IMG/VR virus record: IMGVR_UViG_2703719088_000001
Coordinates: 1-64,000 of that record
From: a virus
Taxonomy: Duplodnaviria; Caudoviricetes
Reading direction: 5' to 3' (one strand)
DNA: 64,000 nt
Shown here: piece after piece, positions 20,151 through 29,153 of the stretch
Layout: each line of letters starts with the position of its first letter
How positions within the stretch are numbered: position 1 is the first letter of the stretch
Notes under the pieces: generated by a model
Databases searched by the model: none
The model's input: only the letters and a program-made list of their open reading frames with translations
Told to the model about the DNA's origin: nothing
Position numbers and translations under genes: made by a program

Positions 20151-21014
20151 TTATTTAAGTTTCTTTTCCAACAAGCGGACAATAGCAGAGGCATAGTCTG
20201 AATATGAGCCTTCTATCTCATCGTCGTTGATGCACAATATCCCAGTGTCACCTTCAAACAACGCAGAAAGAGTCTCGATAGGCATCTGTATTGACGTGAA
20301 TGTCCGCTTGGGTACTTTTTCTACATATTCCCCCGACAGATGTTGCCAGAAAGAATAGATATATTGGTTGAAATTGATGTCTTCGCGACCGTTCGGTGTA
20401 ATAGATGCACTTATCTTATCACCAAACTGCGACCATACCTTTTCACAAGTTGATTTCTTGATAGGAGAAAGGCTGTGCCCACCAAATAGACAGGTGGAGA
20501 CATACTGTTTTCCAAATGCGCTGGCAATCATATTGAGTTCCTGTTTGCACATGTACTCGAATTGAGTCAGCAGGGGAGGGAGTTTGATTTCCTTGTGCCG
20601 TTGGCAGGGGTGTCCGTCAACGAAGAAATCTTCTTCATTGAGCGGCGATAGCGGAAACATATCGTCATTGCCGTAGATGAACTGCTCTGCCAAGTCTGGT
20701 ATACGGTGAAGGAACATCTCTATTGTCCTTGAACTGAAGGTCGGAAGGTATTCCTGCGGAATGAAATCCCGATGAAACACGATACGGACTTTATCATAGT
20801 ACTTCATCCAAGGACGTATCTGGCTTTCCTTGGCAAGAATGATATATATCGTCCTGACAAAAGGCATGTTCTTCGTGACAGACTCAACATGTATGCGCTC
20901 TGTCCCCCATGATCTCCAGCGGGATGTGACAAGAGTTCTCCCCGTGGCACGGTGGAAATCGTCCAGCCACGACGCATCGTCGTCAAAAACCATCGGAACA
21001 ACGTAGTCGGTCAT
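20151..21014 (-). CDS. Stealth-family hexose-1-phosphate transferase (capsule polymerase-like)
   Basis: CR1-like DYVVPMV, CR2 LPTFSSRTIEMFLHRIPDLAEQFIYGNDDMF and CR4-like LCINDD. Confidence 0.85.
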   Translation of the reverse strand: MTDYVVPMVFDDDASWLDDFHRATGRTLVTSRWRSWGTERIHVESVTKNMPFVRTIYIILAKESQIRPWMKYYDKVRIVFHRDFIPQEYLPTFSSRTIEMFLHRIPDLAEQFIYGNDDMFPLSPLNEEDFFVDGHPCQRHKEIKLPPLLTQFEYMCKQELNMIASAFGKQYVSTCLFGGHSLSPIKKSTCEKVWSQFGDKISASITPNGREDINFNQYIYSFWQHLSGEYVEKVPKRTFTSIQMPIETLSALFEGDTGILCINDDEIEGSYSDYASAIVRLLEKKLK

Positions 21015-21095
21015 ACATCCTTTTACTATGCAGAAGCGGCGCAGCGTCAGCTGTCACCCTGCACCGCGCCGCCCTGCTGTAGAAGCATCGTTTCC

Positions 21096-21710
21096 TTATG
21101 CTGCAACACCCGTTTCGCCATCGAAGATACCCATAGCGTCCTCGGCGGTGCTGGCGGCAGACGAGCCGACCAACGTGATGCCGATAGGCTTGGCGGTATC
21201 TGCGCTATCGAACAGGATGCTGGCAAGCAGCTTGACCTTCTTGATAGCGAACATCTTGTTGCCTTCATCGTTAATGGCGGCAAGGCCGACGGAGAAGGCT
21301 TTCTGCGTCTCGGCAAAGGCGAAGCCACCAGTGGAGGTGAATTTAACATTGTCATCGGTATCCTGAACGACACCGGGGGTGACATTGTTCTTTACCGTGA
21401 AGCCGCAGGCTTCCAAGACTTCCTTGTTCACCACGGGGATGAACAGGTTGATTTCCGTGTCGCCAGGGGTCATACGGCTCGTCCAGTCACCGACAAGACC
21501 GTGAATCTTGTAGTGCTGGATGGTCGGAGTGCCACCATTGTAGGTGAAGCCACCATCCTGAGCGACGGGAACTTCGTTAACGACCTTGGCAGGGGTAGAA
21601 CCGCTCGTGCCAGAACCGACGGCGAAATCATCATAGAATCCGCCCTGAATGAAGAACAGGTGCGAAATGCCAACGAAAGCATCGCCCTGATAAGATTTAA
21701 TCGTACCCAT
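21096..21710 (-). CDS. Major tail tube protein
   Basis: 204 aa, beta-rich, Gly/Thr-rich; located after the neck genes and before the chaperones. Confidence 0.7.
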   Translation of the reverse strand: MGTIKSYQGDAFVGISHLFFIQGGFYDDFAVGSGTSGSTPAKVVNEVPVAQDGGFTYNGGTPTIQHYKIHGLVGDWTSRMTPGDTEINLFIPVVNKEVLEACGFTVKNNVTPGVVQDTDDNVKFTSTGGFAFAETQKAFSVGLAAINDEGNKMFAIKKVKLLASILFDSADTAKPIGITLVGSSAASTAEDAMGIFDGETGVAA

Positions 21711-21730
21711 AACTTTCTGTATTTAAGTTG

Positions 21731-22132
21731 TTAAAGTTTCTTTGTGTGTATATGAAATGCTATCTCCGTATAGTTGAACCCTTGACCATCATCTCCTTTC
21801 ATGAAAGGTGTCGGCCTTGCGGCAGCACAATACTGTCCATTGATTGGGAACAGATCGATAACGCAGTCAACAAGGTCGGACATGGCGTTGACATTGAGCG
21901 TTCCGTTACTCTTGCTCTTGACGAACAGCGTGATAAGCCCTGTGGTGTTGAGCATCAGCTTATTCTTCCCGTATGCTACATCCGTGATGGTTGCCGGAAT
22001 CTCGATGGTGGCGAACTTCGTCATCTCCGAACTTATTGTATCCGGCCTGCCAAGGAAGATAAGCTTCTTGTCCAGCACGGTGTTCATCGCGCTTACAAGG
22101 TCTCCGTATATTTTCGCTGCAGTGCTTGCCAT
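21731..22132 (-). CDS. Tail terminator-like protein
   Basis: Synteny and size only. Confidence 0.5.
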   Translation of the reverse strand: MASTAAKIYGDLVSAMNTVLDKKLIFLGRPDTISSEMTKFATIEIPATITDVAYGKNKLMLNTTGLITLFVKSKSNGTLNVNAMSDLVDCVIDLFPINGQYCAAARPTPFMKGDDGQGFNYTEIAFHIHTKKL

Positions 22133-22142
22133 GATTCACTTG

Positions 22143-22688
22143 TTACATTGTCCTCTGCAATCCCAGCCATGTCGTGCCGACTTTCTCTGTGTGGTCATAT
22201 GCAGCAAGAATACCTGTCGTTCCTCGGTGCTCTTGCACCCACTCACCGTACTCGACGGGATAGGCAACAACGATGTCAAACAAACATTTACCCATCGGCC
22301 TGTACGACTGGAAGAATTCTCTCGCGTCATCCTCACCAAAACCTTCGTTGGTCTGGACTTCTGGCCTATACTTGCTCTTCGCCCCGTCATAATCGGGGTT
22401 GAAGCCGTATGTCCTCGGATAGGTCATCTTCACATGTATGGCTTTGGCGACCCTTTCAGCGGCATAAGCCGCGTAAACAGGCATCTTTTCCCTGTACAAG
22501 CATACGACAATTGAATTGAGCAAGTTCCCCGTGAAATTATGTTTCAAAGGAGCACTCTGTCTGAACTCTATCGCGCTCTCGCACAGGTGGTCGCAGAACT
22601 TGATGCACCGGCTCTCGATTTCGTCAAGGATAGATTTCCTATACTCTTCGAGTGTCTTCTGTGCCTGCGCTGCGTTAGTTCCTGCCAT
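22143..22688 (-). CDS. Tail completion / neck protein (HK97 gp10-like)
   Basis: FTGNLLNSI and VAYPVEYGEWV motifs resemble the HK97 gp10-like family; synteny. Confidence 0.55.
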   Translation of the reverse strand: MAGTNAAQAQKTLEEYRKSILDEIESRCIKFCDHLCESAIEFRQSAPLKHNFTGNLLNSIVVCLYREKMPVYAAYAAERVAKAIHVKMTYPRTYGFNPDYDGAKSKYRPEVQTNEGFGEDDAREFFQSYRPMGKCLFDIVVAYPVEYGEWVQEHRGTTGILAAYDHTEKVGTTWLGLQRTM

Positions 22689-23091
22689 ATCGCCATATCA
22701 GATGCGTCCCACCGAAGTTGGACGGGTTCTTGTCGATGACCCTGCCGTATTCCTCATATCCGCCCCTGTCGACAACAATCATGTCACCTTCCTGTGGCGC
22801 TATGCCAAGCTTTTCCCAATCATCCCGTGTGAGAGGCAAGGCCAGACCTCTATATGATGTGATGACGTCTCCCTTGTCTGATGTGGTGTTCTTGTCATAA
22901 GCCCTGCAGCAACCCTCATATACTACCGTGTCCTCGGATGTCTCTTCAGCGGTCTCTTCACCGACCACCTCTTCGGCATCTTCGTCGGCCATGGGGTCGT
23001 TATCCATATCCTCATCCACCATAGCTGTGGTCTCAGCCTTACGGATGATGCGGCATGTGTGCGGATATCTTGGGTTGTTGGGTGCGCTCAT
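22675..23091 (-). CDS. Head closure protein
   Basis: Synteny; includes an acidic low-complexity insert. Confidence 0.5.
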   Translation of the reverse strand: MSAPNNPRYPHTCRIIRKAETTAMVDEDMDNDPMADEDAEEVVGEETAEETSEDTVVYEGCCRAYDKNTTSDKGDVITSYRGLALPLTRDDWEKLGIAPQEGDMIVVDRGGYEEYGRVIDKNPSNFGGTHLIWRYGRN

Positions 23092-23092
23092 G

Positions 23093-23527
23093 TTATCGTG
23101 TTCTGCGGATGTAACGGAAACCAGTTCCCTTGAACCCCCATCTGGGGGCGAGTGAGTCGACGCGCTGGTCTGTGATACCCCATTTCTTCAGCAAATCGCG
23201 TGCAAGCAGCAGAAACTGCTGCATCTGCAGGGGCGACCACTGCTCACTTCCTTCCGAGTGTTCCCAGTCAGCATCCCTGTCCGTCACACGCTGTGACTGG
23301 ATAGGGTTCATCGCGAGACGGATATAGAAGTAAGCCTGGGACAAGTCCTTCTGCTTCTCAGTGAGACTGTCGAACGATGTCCCTGCCTGGATGCCCGCGT
23401 CAGCGAGAACACCTTTAACGGTCTCCTCACTGACGCTGGCATTGGATGACAAACCACGGATATAATCCTCGACGGTATAGACGGGGGTTTCCTCTGCGGC
23501 ATTGACTGGTGTCACGTTGTCGGCCAT
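23093..23527 (-). CDS. Head-tail adaptor
   Basis: First gene after the MCP; helical, 144 aa. Confidence 0.55.
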   Translation of the reverse strand: MADNVTPVNAAEETPVYTVEDYIRGLSSNASVSEETVKGVLADAGIQAGTSFDSLTEKQKDLSQAYFYIRLAMNPIQSQRVTDRDADWEHSEGSEQWSPLQMQQFLLLARDLLKKWGITDQRVDSLAPRWGFKGTGFRYIRRTR

Positions 23528-23545
23528 GGTTCACTATTTCAAAGA

Positions 23546-24676
23546 TTACTCTTCACTCCATACGGTAGCAATACCGTAGTCGTTCACGTTGTTGAAGACG
23601 GGGCCGGCGAACAGTTCGCAGTCGATGATGTTCGTCATCGGACGATCCTGCCATACGTTCTGTACGGCGATGCGGTCTTCGACGAAGGTCGTGCGAACGC
23701 TGTCGTTGTGAGCACCCATCTTGTTGCGATCCTTCAGGATGGAGTTCATGCACTTCATCTCGAAAGGACGGTAGGCGCTGCTGGCGGCTACCATGTTGTG
23801 CTCGTCGAAAGCGGGAGCATCATTGACAGGCTTGCCGTCTTCCTCATGACGGGACTTGAAGTCGATGATATCGAACATCCAGATACCCATATCTTCGTGC
23901 ATCCAACTCAAGACGTCGCTGCGAGCAACCTTGGCGGTGTAAGGATCGAAGTAGTTCTTCGAAGCCTTATATGCGTCGGTGACATTCGGATGAGACAGAA
24001 TCTTGTCGAACAGAGACTTGGACATCTTCCAGTGGTCTACGCCAAGAGACAGACCATCGGTCAGATACTTCTGGAAGGTCTGGAAGTCCTCGATGACGTC
24101 AGCAGTGGTGTCGGGAGTTCCGTCTGGCAAGAACCAGTCGGTCTCTGGAATCATGAAGTTCTCGTCGGGAATCTGGAACTTGAAGTCGTATCTGTAACCA
24201 TCGATGGCAATATCATGGATTTCGCCGGTGGACATGGCCTGCATCAGCATGTAGGTCAATTCATTGTGTACACCGCCGAGCATATTGCTCGAATTCTGGA
24301 TGAAGCAGTCAACCAGAGATTCACCGAAGGTCATGTCGTTGATTTTCGAAACGCGGCGCAGTTCGATCATATCGTCCTGGGTGATGTTGAAGCCGTGGCC
24401 GATCTGCGGGAGCGTGCCCCCGTAGATTTCCCAGCCCTGGGTGCTACGCTGCGGCTTGTCGGACTGAGTACCGATGATGCTGGCACGTACCAGGATGGGG
24501 GTCTTCTTGATACCCTGTTTCCACTCACGTTCGTTTGTCGGCTTGCCCCAAGTGGCATACTTGCGCCACAGAGCACCGTTGTACTTCGCGTTCACATTGT
24601 CAAGGATCAGGCCGAAGTTTTCAGCGTCCAGATAACTGTGCAGGCCGCTGATTCCATAAAGATTAAGATCTCTCAT
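23546..24676 (-). CDS. Major capsid protein (HK97 fold, lambda gpE-like)
   Basis: 376 aa with strongly biased codons; follows the scaffold and decoration genes. Confidence 0.8.
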   Translation of the reverse strand: MRDLNLYGISGLHSYLDAENFGLILDNVNAKYNGALWRKYATWGKPTNEREWKQGIKKTPILVRASIIGTQSDKPQRSTQGWEIYGGTLPQIGHGFNITQDDMIELRRVSKINDMTFGESLVDCFIQNSSNMLGGVHNELTYMLMQAMSTGEIHDIAIDGYRYDFKFQIPDENFMIPETDWFLPDGTPDTTADVIEDFQTFQKYLTDGLSLGVDHWKMSKSLFDKILSHPNVTDAYKASKNYFDPYTAKVARSDVLSWMHEDMGIWMFDIIDFKSRHEEDGKPVNDAPAFDEHNMVAASSAYRPFEMKCMNSILKDRNKMGAHNDSVRTTFVEDRIAVQNVWQDRPMTNIIDCELFAGPVFNNVNDYGIATVWSEE

Positions 24677-24697
24677 AGTAAAGTCCTCCTTTCTTTG

Positions 24698-25384
24698 TTA
24701 CTTGCGGTTAGAGAATCTGAAGAAGCAGCCGTTTTCCAGCAGGGCTTTCTTGAGGCTGTTTACCAAGGGAGGCATACGGCGTTCAAGAACAGCCTTGTCG
24801 GTGCAGTTCCAAACAACATCGATGTCCATTGCATAGGCATCGGGGTCAAGAACGTTGTCGCAGTAGGTCAGAGCGTTGGGCACAATCTTCGGGACAATAT
24901 TGTCGTTGTCGTCTTCGATGACCTCGACGATAACATCGCCGGCGGCGATGACGGGATCGGAGTCGGGGACAAGACCGCTGACGGTCAAGATGTCGTAACC
25001 TTCATTCGAGGCATCGACAGCGGTGACCTCAACGGCGTCGCCACATGTGAAGGGGAGGGCATCCCCGTACTCAAACGGGTTAAGCGTGGCCAGAACCATG
25101 CCTACCTTGGCGACACTACCGGTCTCAAACTTTTCAACTTTGACGGCACTGTTGACAGTATCCACCTCAAGCACCTTGAAGGTATAGAGGGGAACAACGG
25201 TGCGAGCCTGATCGTCAGCATAAACCGGAGTACCGGCAGGCAGTGCGTTGGGGCGTGCGGGCATATCTTCAAGATCGATGCTGTAACCACCGACAGAAAT
25301 GACAGGCTTGCCTTCGTAGCACTTGCGGACGCCACCGAATTTATTGCTGAACTGAACATAATTGTTTAATGTTCCTGTTTTCAT
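24698..25384 (-). CDS. Head decoration / cement protein
   Basis: LPAGTPV motif; lies between scaffold and MCP as lambda gpD does. Confidence 0.6.
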   Translation of the reverse strand: MKTGTLNNYVQFSNKFGGVRKCYEGKPVISVGGYSIDLEDMPARPNALPAGTPVYADDQARTVVPLYTFKVLEVDTVNSAVKVEKFETGSVAKVGMVLATLNPFEYGDALPFTCGDAVEVTAVDASNEGYDILTVSGLVPDSDPVIAAGDVIVEVIEDDNDNIVPKIVPNALTYCDNVLDPDAYAMDIDVVWNCTDKAVLERRMPPLVNSLKKALLENGCFFRFSNRK

Positions 25385-25459
25385 TTCTTTTGATTTTTGT
25401 GTTACACATGTTTATGCGTCACACGTCTTGCGACGCACGCCTTCGCATTGAGCATAGCC

Positions 25460-26254
25460 CTATACGAGGGACTTGTTGAATTCCTGTGAATAGTTGGCGT
25501 TAGCCTTTGCCTCTTCTTCGAGTTGTTTGAGACGCTGTTTGACATACGTGTCATCCTCTCCGCCTCCGCCACCGGCGCCGCCTCCGAACGGCTTCCCGCC
25601 GTCAGGGTAGTAGCGTTTGTAGCGTTTCTCGTAGGCATCGATAGCCTTCTGTTTCAGGGATTCGAACGTCGGTGTTTCACCATAGTCGATATCATCAAGG
25701 GCATCGTCGATACAGGCGGGCACGTTGGCCTTCAGGTCGATGAGATGCTGTTTCAACTCGGTCTTCACCTTGTTCAGGACTGCGGTTTTCTCTCGCTCGT
25801 TTTGCGACTTGACAAAATCGTTGAACTGCTTCGTGAACTTCCCCAAAGCACCATCCTCGGAGTTGAGGGATTCAAGGACGGATTTGACGATATCCTCGGC
25901 CTTCAGACCGTTTCCACCGCTACCGCCGCCGTTTTCAGGATGCTCCTTCTTGTAGTCTTCCAATGCCTTCTGGGTCGCTGTCTTGATACGCTCTTCAACA
26001 TCTTTCTCATGCTGGGATGCATACTCTTTCTTGAACTCCTCGGCGAACGTCTTCTCATCGAAGCGTTTCTGACCGGCAAACTGGATGAGAGTGGCAACAG
26101 GGAGCTTCCATGTGTCCTCGGTGATATTCTCATCGTTTTCAAACTGCGCGAGCACGCTTTCTGCGATGCCCTCGAATGTCTTGTCGCTGATGACCTTGCA
26201 ATTGTCTTCTCCAACGCGGGTCTTCAAATTCTCAATAAGCTTTGTTTTCTCCAT
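25460..26254 (-). CDS. Capsid scaffolding protein
   Basis: Highly charged coiled coil with Gly-rich linkers. ATG 26254 (MEKTKL) is preferred because it lies downstream of the -7 box. Confidence 0.65.
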   Translation of the reverse strand: MEKTKLIENLKTRVGEDNCKVISDKTFEGIAESVLAQFENDENITEDTWKLPVATLIQFAGQKRFDEKTFAEEFKKEYASQHEKDVEERIKTATQKALEDYKKEHPENGGGSGGNGLKAEDIVKSVLESLNSEDGALGKFTKQFNDFVKSQNEREKTAVLNKVKTELKQHLIDLKANVPACIDDALDDIDYGETPTFESLKQKAIDAYEKRYKRYYPDGGKPFGGGAGGGGGEDDTYVKQRLKQLEEEAKANANYSQEFNKSLV

Positions 26255-26272
26255 GCTAAAATGATTTTTCAG

Positions 26273-26280
26273 CAAAGTTA
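26273..26280 (-). promoter_or_regulatory. -7 box TAACTTTG for the head-tail operon
   Basis: Exact TAnnTTTG in the divergent intergenic region. Confidence 0.55.
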
Positions 26281-26366
26281 TTACTTATTTAACACTTGAT
26301 TACACAAACATTGGAAATCTTAATTCATAATTGTGTAAATTTCAAGCAAATCATCACAATATTATT

Positions 26367-26374
26367 TAATTTTG
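26367..26374 (+). promoter_or_regulatory. -7 box TAATTTTG for the terminase-portal operon
   Basis: Exact TAnnTTTG, 26 nt before the TerL ATG. Confidence 0.55.
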
Positions 26375-26399
26375 TCACTTGAAACTTTAAATATTCTAT

Positions 26400-29141
26400 A
26401 TGGAGAAGCCCAATAGCAATAGAAGCCTGACGTCAACTGATGGAAAGGCTGTCTACAATAGGGATTACATCAACGAACTACGTAACAATGACGACGATGG
26501 TAGCCAGTCGCGCTTCATCGCACAGGAAGGAGCGCAGGAATCAGGGTTGTCCTGTTGCGCCGACATCACCGTGTTCGGCGGAAACAGAGGTGGTGGAAAA
26601 GCCAACACCTATTCGACACCAATTGCCACACCATCAGGATACAGGAAGATGGGAGACCTTGAGGTCGGAGACATGATATGCACGCCATACGAAGGCGTGC
26701 AGAGAGTGGATGCCATATATGAGCAGGGAGACCACACGACATTCACCTTCCATTTCGATGACGGAACGACCGTCACATGCATGGATACGCATCGGTTCTT
26801 CGCCAGACTTGCTCCGACGGAGAAGTTCCGGGAGATGACGGCAAGGGAAATCATTAACAACTACGCCATCGACCGCCGCTATCCTGTGTCGCTGAGAAGC
26901 GGAAAGATTTACTTCGCTGAAGTGCCGTTGTGCGGTGAAGTTGAACTGAATGAGAAAATGACCATCGCAGATCTGCCTATCCATCCTTTTGTACTGGGTG
27001 TCATCAGTGGTACGGGCTTCTGGAAGTTTGGTATGTGGGGAATAAAACTGTCAAAGGACTCCTTCCATGCAAGAACCATATATCGTTACGGTTACCATGT
27101 AAACAAGAACCGCAAGGATGGATTCTACTACATAAGGGGTCTGTCGGACGAAAACAGGCGTCAGATAACATTCTGCCGCAGGGAAGAGCCTGCCAGTATA
27201 CCACATGAGTACAAAACAGCATCGATAGCCGCCAGATGGGAGTACCTGAAAGGTGTGATGTATATCAACGGACGCTCGGAGAAGAAGCACCCGTGCCTCG
27301 CGCTGCCTAACAAGAAACTCATCGAGGATGTGGCAGACCTGGCACGCTCGCTCGGCCTATGGGCGAGAGTCAGCAAAGTGGAGGACACACCTGAGAAGAT
27401 AGGGTATTGGAAGGTGTCCTTCGTCGCCCCCAACGATGCGGATTTGTTCATAAAAAAATGCTATAAGGACAGGTCTCATATCAATGCAGAAAAAGCCACC
27501 AGCCCGACATCGGACAATATTCTGTCGAAGAAGATATTGTATGTGGTAAAGAACAAGATAAAGAGGCCGTGCCGGTGTATCACCGTATCTGGCAATGACC
27601 ACCTCTACATGACGGACGGATACACTATCAACCACAATACGGTGACGATGCTCATGGAGCCGTTGTATGACATCGGCAACAAGTATTTCAACGGCATCAT
27701 CTTCCGAAAGAACAAGGACGACTTCGACAATATCATCAACGAGAGCAAGCGGTGGTTCACCGGCCTCGGACGATACAACAGGTCTAAAGATGATATGACA
27801 TGGTACTTCAACACCGGTGCGATACTCGGCCTATCCATATACGACATGCCGATGCCGGAGTTCGACACAAAGTACAGGGGTCAGCAGTATGCCTATATAG
27901 GTGTGGATGAGCTGCCGCAGATGCCGTTCGAGATGTTCAAGTTCCTTATGACATGTAACCGTAACACCGTAGGTATACACTCTCGGCTGTTAGGCACATG
28001 TAACCCAGACCCGATGTCATGGCTAAGGAAGTTTATCGACTGGTGGATAGGCAAGGAAGACACCATCTATTCTGACGGGAAGATGCACCCTGAGCGCAAG
28101 GGCTTCGCCATCCCGGAAAGGGTGGGGAAGATACGTTACTGCTATATGCCGGATGATTCCGTGGACAACATCGTCTGGGGCGACACGCCCGATGAGGTGT
28201 ACGAGCAATGCAAGGAACTCATCGACGATGCATGGAATCCCGAATGGGAGCAGTACGGATATACCAAGACATCGTTCTTCGTCAAGTCCGTGACATTCAT
28301 CAAGGCAAATCTTAACGACAACAAGGCTCTTATCAAGAGCGACCCGTCATATATCGCCAACCTGCTGAACCAGCCTCCTGAGATCAGAGCGAGGGAATTC
28401 GATGGCAACTGGGATATTGTCAAGACAGGTAATGACATGATACAGCCTCACCACCTTGAACGTGTGTTTGCCAACGCGCATATTGTTGGAGACAAGGTAC
28501 GCAGGGCGACATGTGACGTAGCCGGCACCGGCGGCGACAACTGCGTGACATGGCTGTGGATAGGATGGCATGTGGCCGACGTATATGTCTGTCGCAGAGA
28601 TCCGTACACGACAGCGGCAGACCTAAAGGCCAAGCTGCACGAGTGGGGTGTGCTGGAAGAGAATTTCGCCTATGACCTCAACGGCATGGGTCAGGTGCTG
28701 AAGGGTGCGTTTCCAAGAGCCGTTCCGTTCAATAACCAAGAAGCCGTCGCCTTGAGGGATAAGAACCTGTATGACAACATCAAGTCGCAATGCGCCTACC
28801 TGTTTGCCACACGGACGCAGCAGGCCGGGTGGAGTATTGAGTCGACGCTGCTGACACGTAAATATTCCATTGGCAAGGAAGTGCATACGCTGCAGGCCAT
28901 CCTGCAGAAGGAGCGCAAGTGTGTCAAGCAGGACATGTCGAAGGCAGACCGTGGATGGTGTCTCATCCATAAGGAGCAGATGAAGAACAAGTCCATTGTC
29001 GGCCATTCGCCGGACTTCTTCGAAGCCTTGTTCATGCGGGAAATATTCGATGTGAAGCATACACAGCCCGTCGTGCCATCATGGATATCACGTAGCGGGC
29101 AAAAATACACTGTCAGAAGAATAGGAGTAAAACAACATTAA
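26400..29141 (+). CDS. terL: Terminase large subunit, intein-containing
   Basis: Walker A GGNRGGGK|T split by the intein; Walker B YIGVDEL; TCNPDP motif; RNase H-like TCDVAGTGGD; C-terminal HSPDFFEAL. Confidence 0.92.
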   Translation: MEKPNSNRSLTSTDGKAVYNRDYINELRNNDDDGSQSRFIAQEGAQESGLSCCADITVFGGNRGGGKANTYSTPIATPSGYRKMGDLEVGDMICTPYEGVQRVDAIYEQGDHTTFTFHFDDGTTVTCMDTHRFFARLAPTEKFREMTAREIINNYAIDRRYPVSLRSGKIYFAEVPLCGEVELNEKMTIADLPIHPFVLGVISGTGFWKFGMWGIKLSKDSFHARTIYRYGYHVNKNRKDGFYYIRGLSDENRRQITFCRREEPASIPHEYKTASIAARWEYLKGVMYINGRSEKKHPCLALPNKKLIEDVADLARSLGLWARVSKVEDTPEKIGYWKVSFVAPNDADLFIKKCYKDRSHINAEKATSPTSDNILSKKILYVVKNKIKRPCRCITVSGNDHLYMTDGYTINHNTVTMLMEPLYDIGNKYFNGIIFRKNKDDFDNIINESKRWFTGLGRYNRSKDDMTWYFNTGAILGLSIYDMPMPEFDTKYRGQQYAYIGVDELPQMPFEMFKFLMTCNRNTVGIHSRLLGTCNPDPMSWLRKFIDWWIGKEDTIYSDGKMHPERKGFAIPERVGKIRYCYMPDDSVDNIVWGDTPDEVYEQCKELIDDAWNPEWEQYGYTKTSFFVKSVTFIKANLNDNKALIKSDPSYIANLLNQPPEIRAREFDGNWDIVKTGNDMIQPHHLERVFANAHIVGDKVRRATCDVAGTGGDNCVTWLWIGWHVADVYVCRRDPYTTAADLKAKLHEWGVLEENFAYDLNGMGQVLKGAFPRAVPFNNQEAVALRDKNLYDNIKSQCAYLFATRTQQAGWSIESTLLTRKYSIGKEVHTLQAILQKERKCVKQDMSKADRGWCLIHKEQMKNKSIVGHSPDFFEALFMREIFDVKHTQPVVPSWISRSGQKYTVRRIGVKQH
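26601..27638 (+). mobile_element. Intein (346 aa) with degenerate LAGLIDADG domain
   Basis: Starts ANTYSTPIATPSG (block A) and ends CRCITV...HLYMTDGYTINHN with Thr at +1. Removing it restores GGGKT. Confidence 0.9.
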
Positions 29142-29153
29142 AACATTTGAGAT

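Noticed and set aside
23708-25369. 553-aa + strand ORF
   Set aside because: Antisense shadow of the codon-biased capsid and decoration genes; no motifs or leader. The same applies to 25523-26299, 20952-21734, 8847-9737, 7998-8564, 29088-29951 and 30705-31328.
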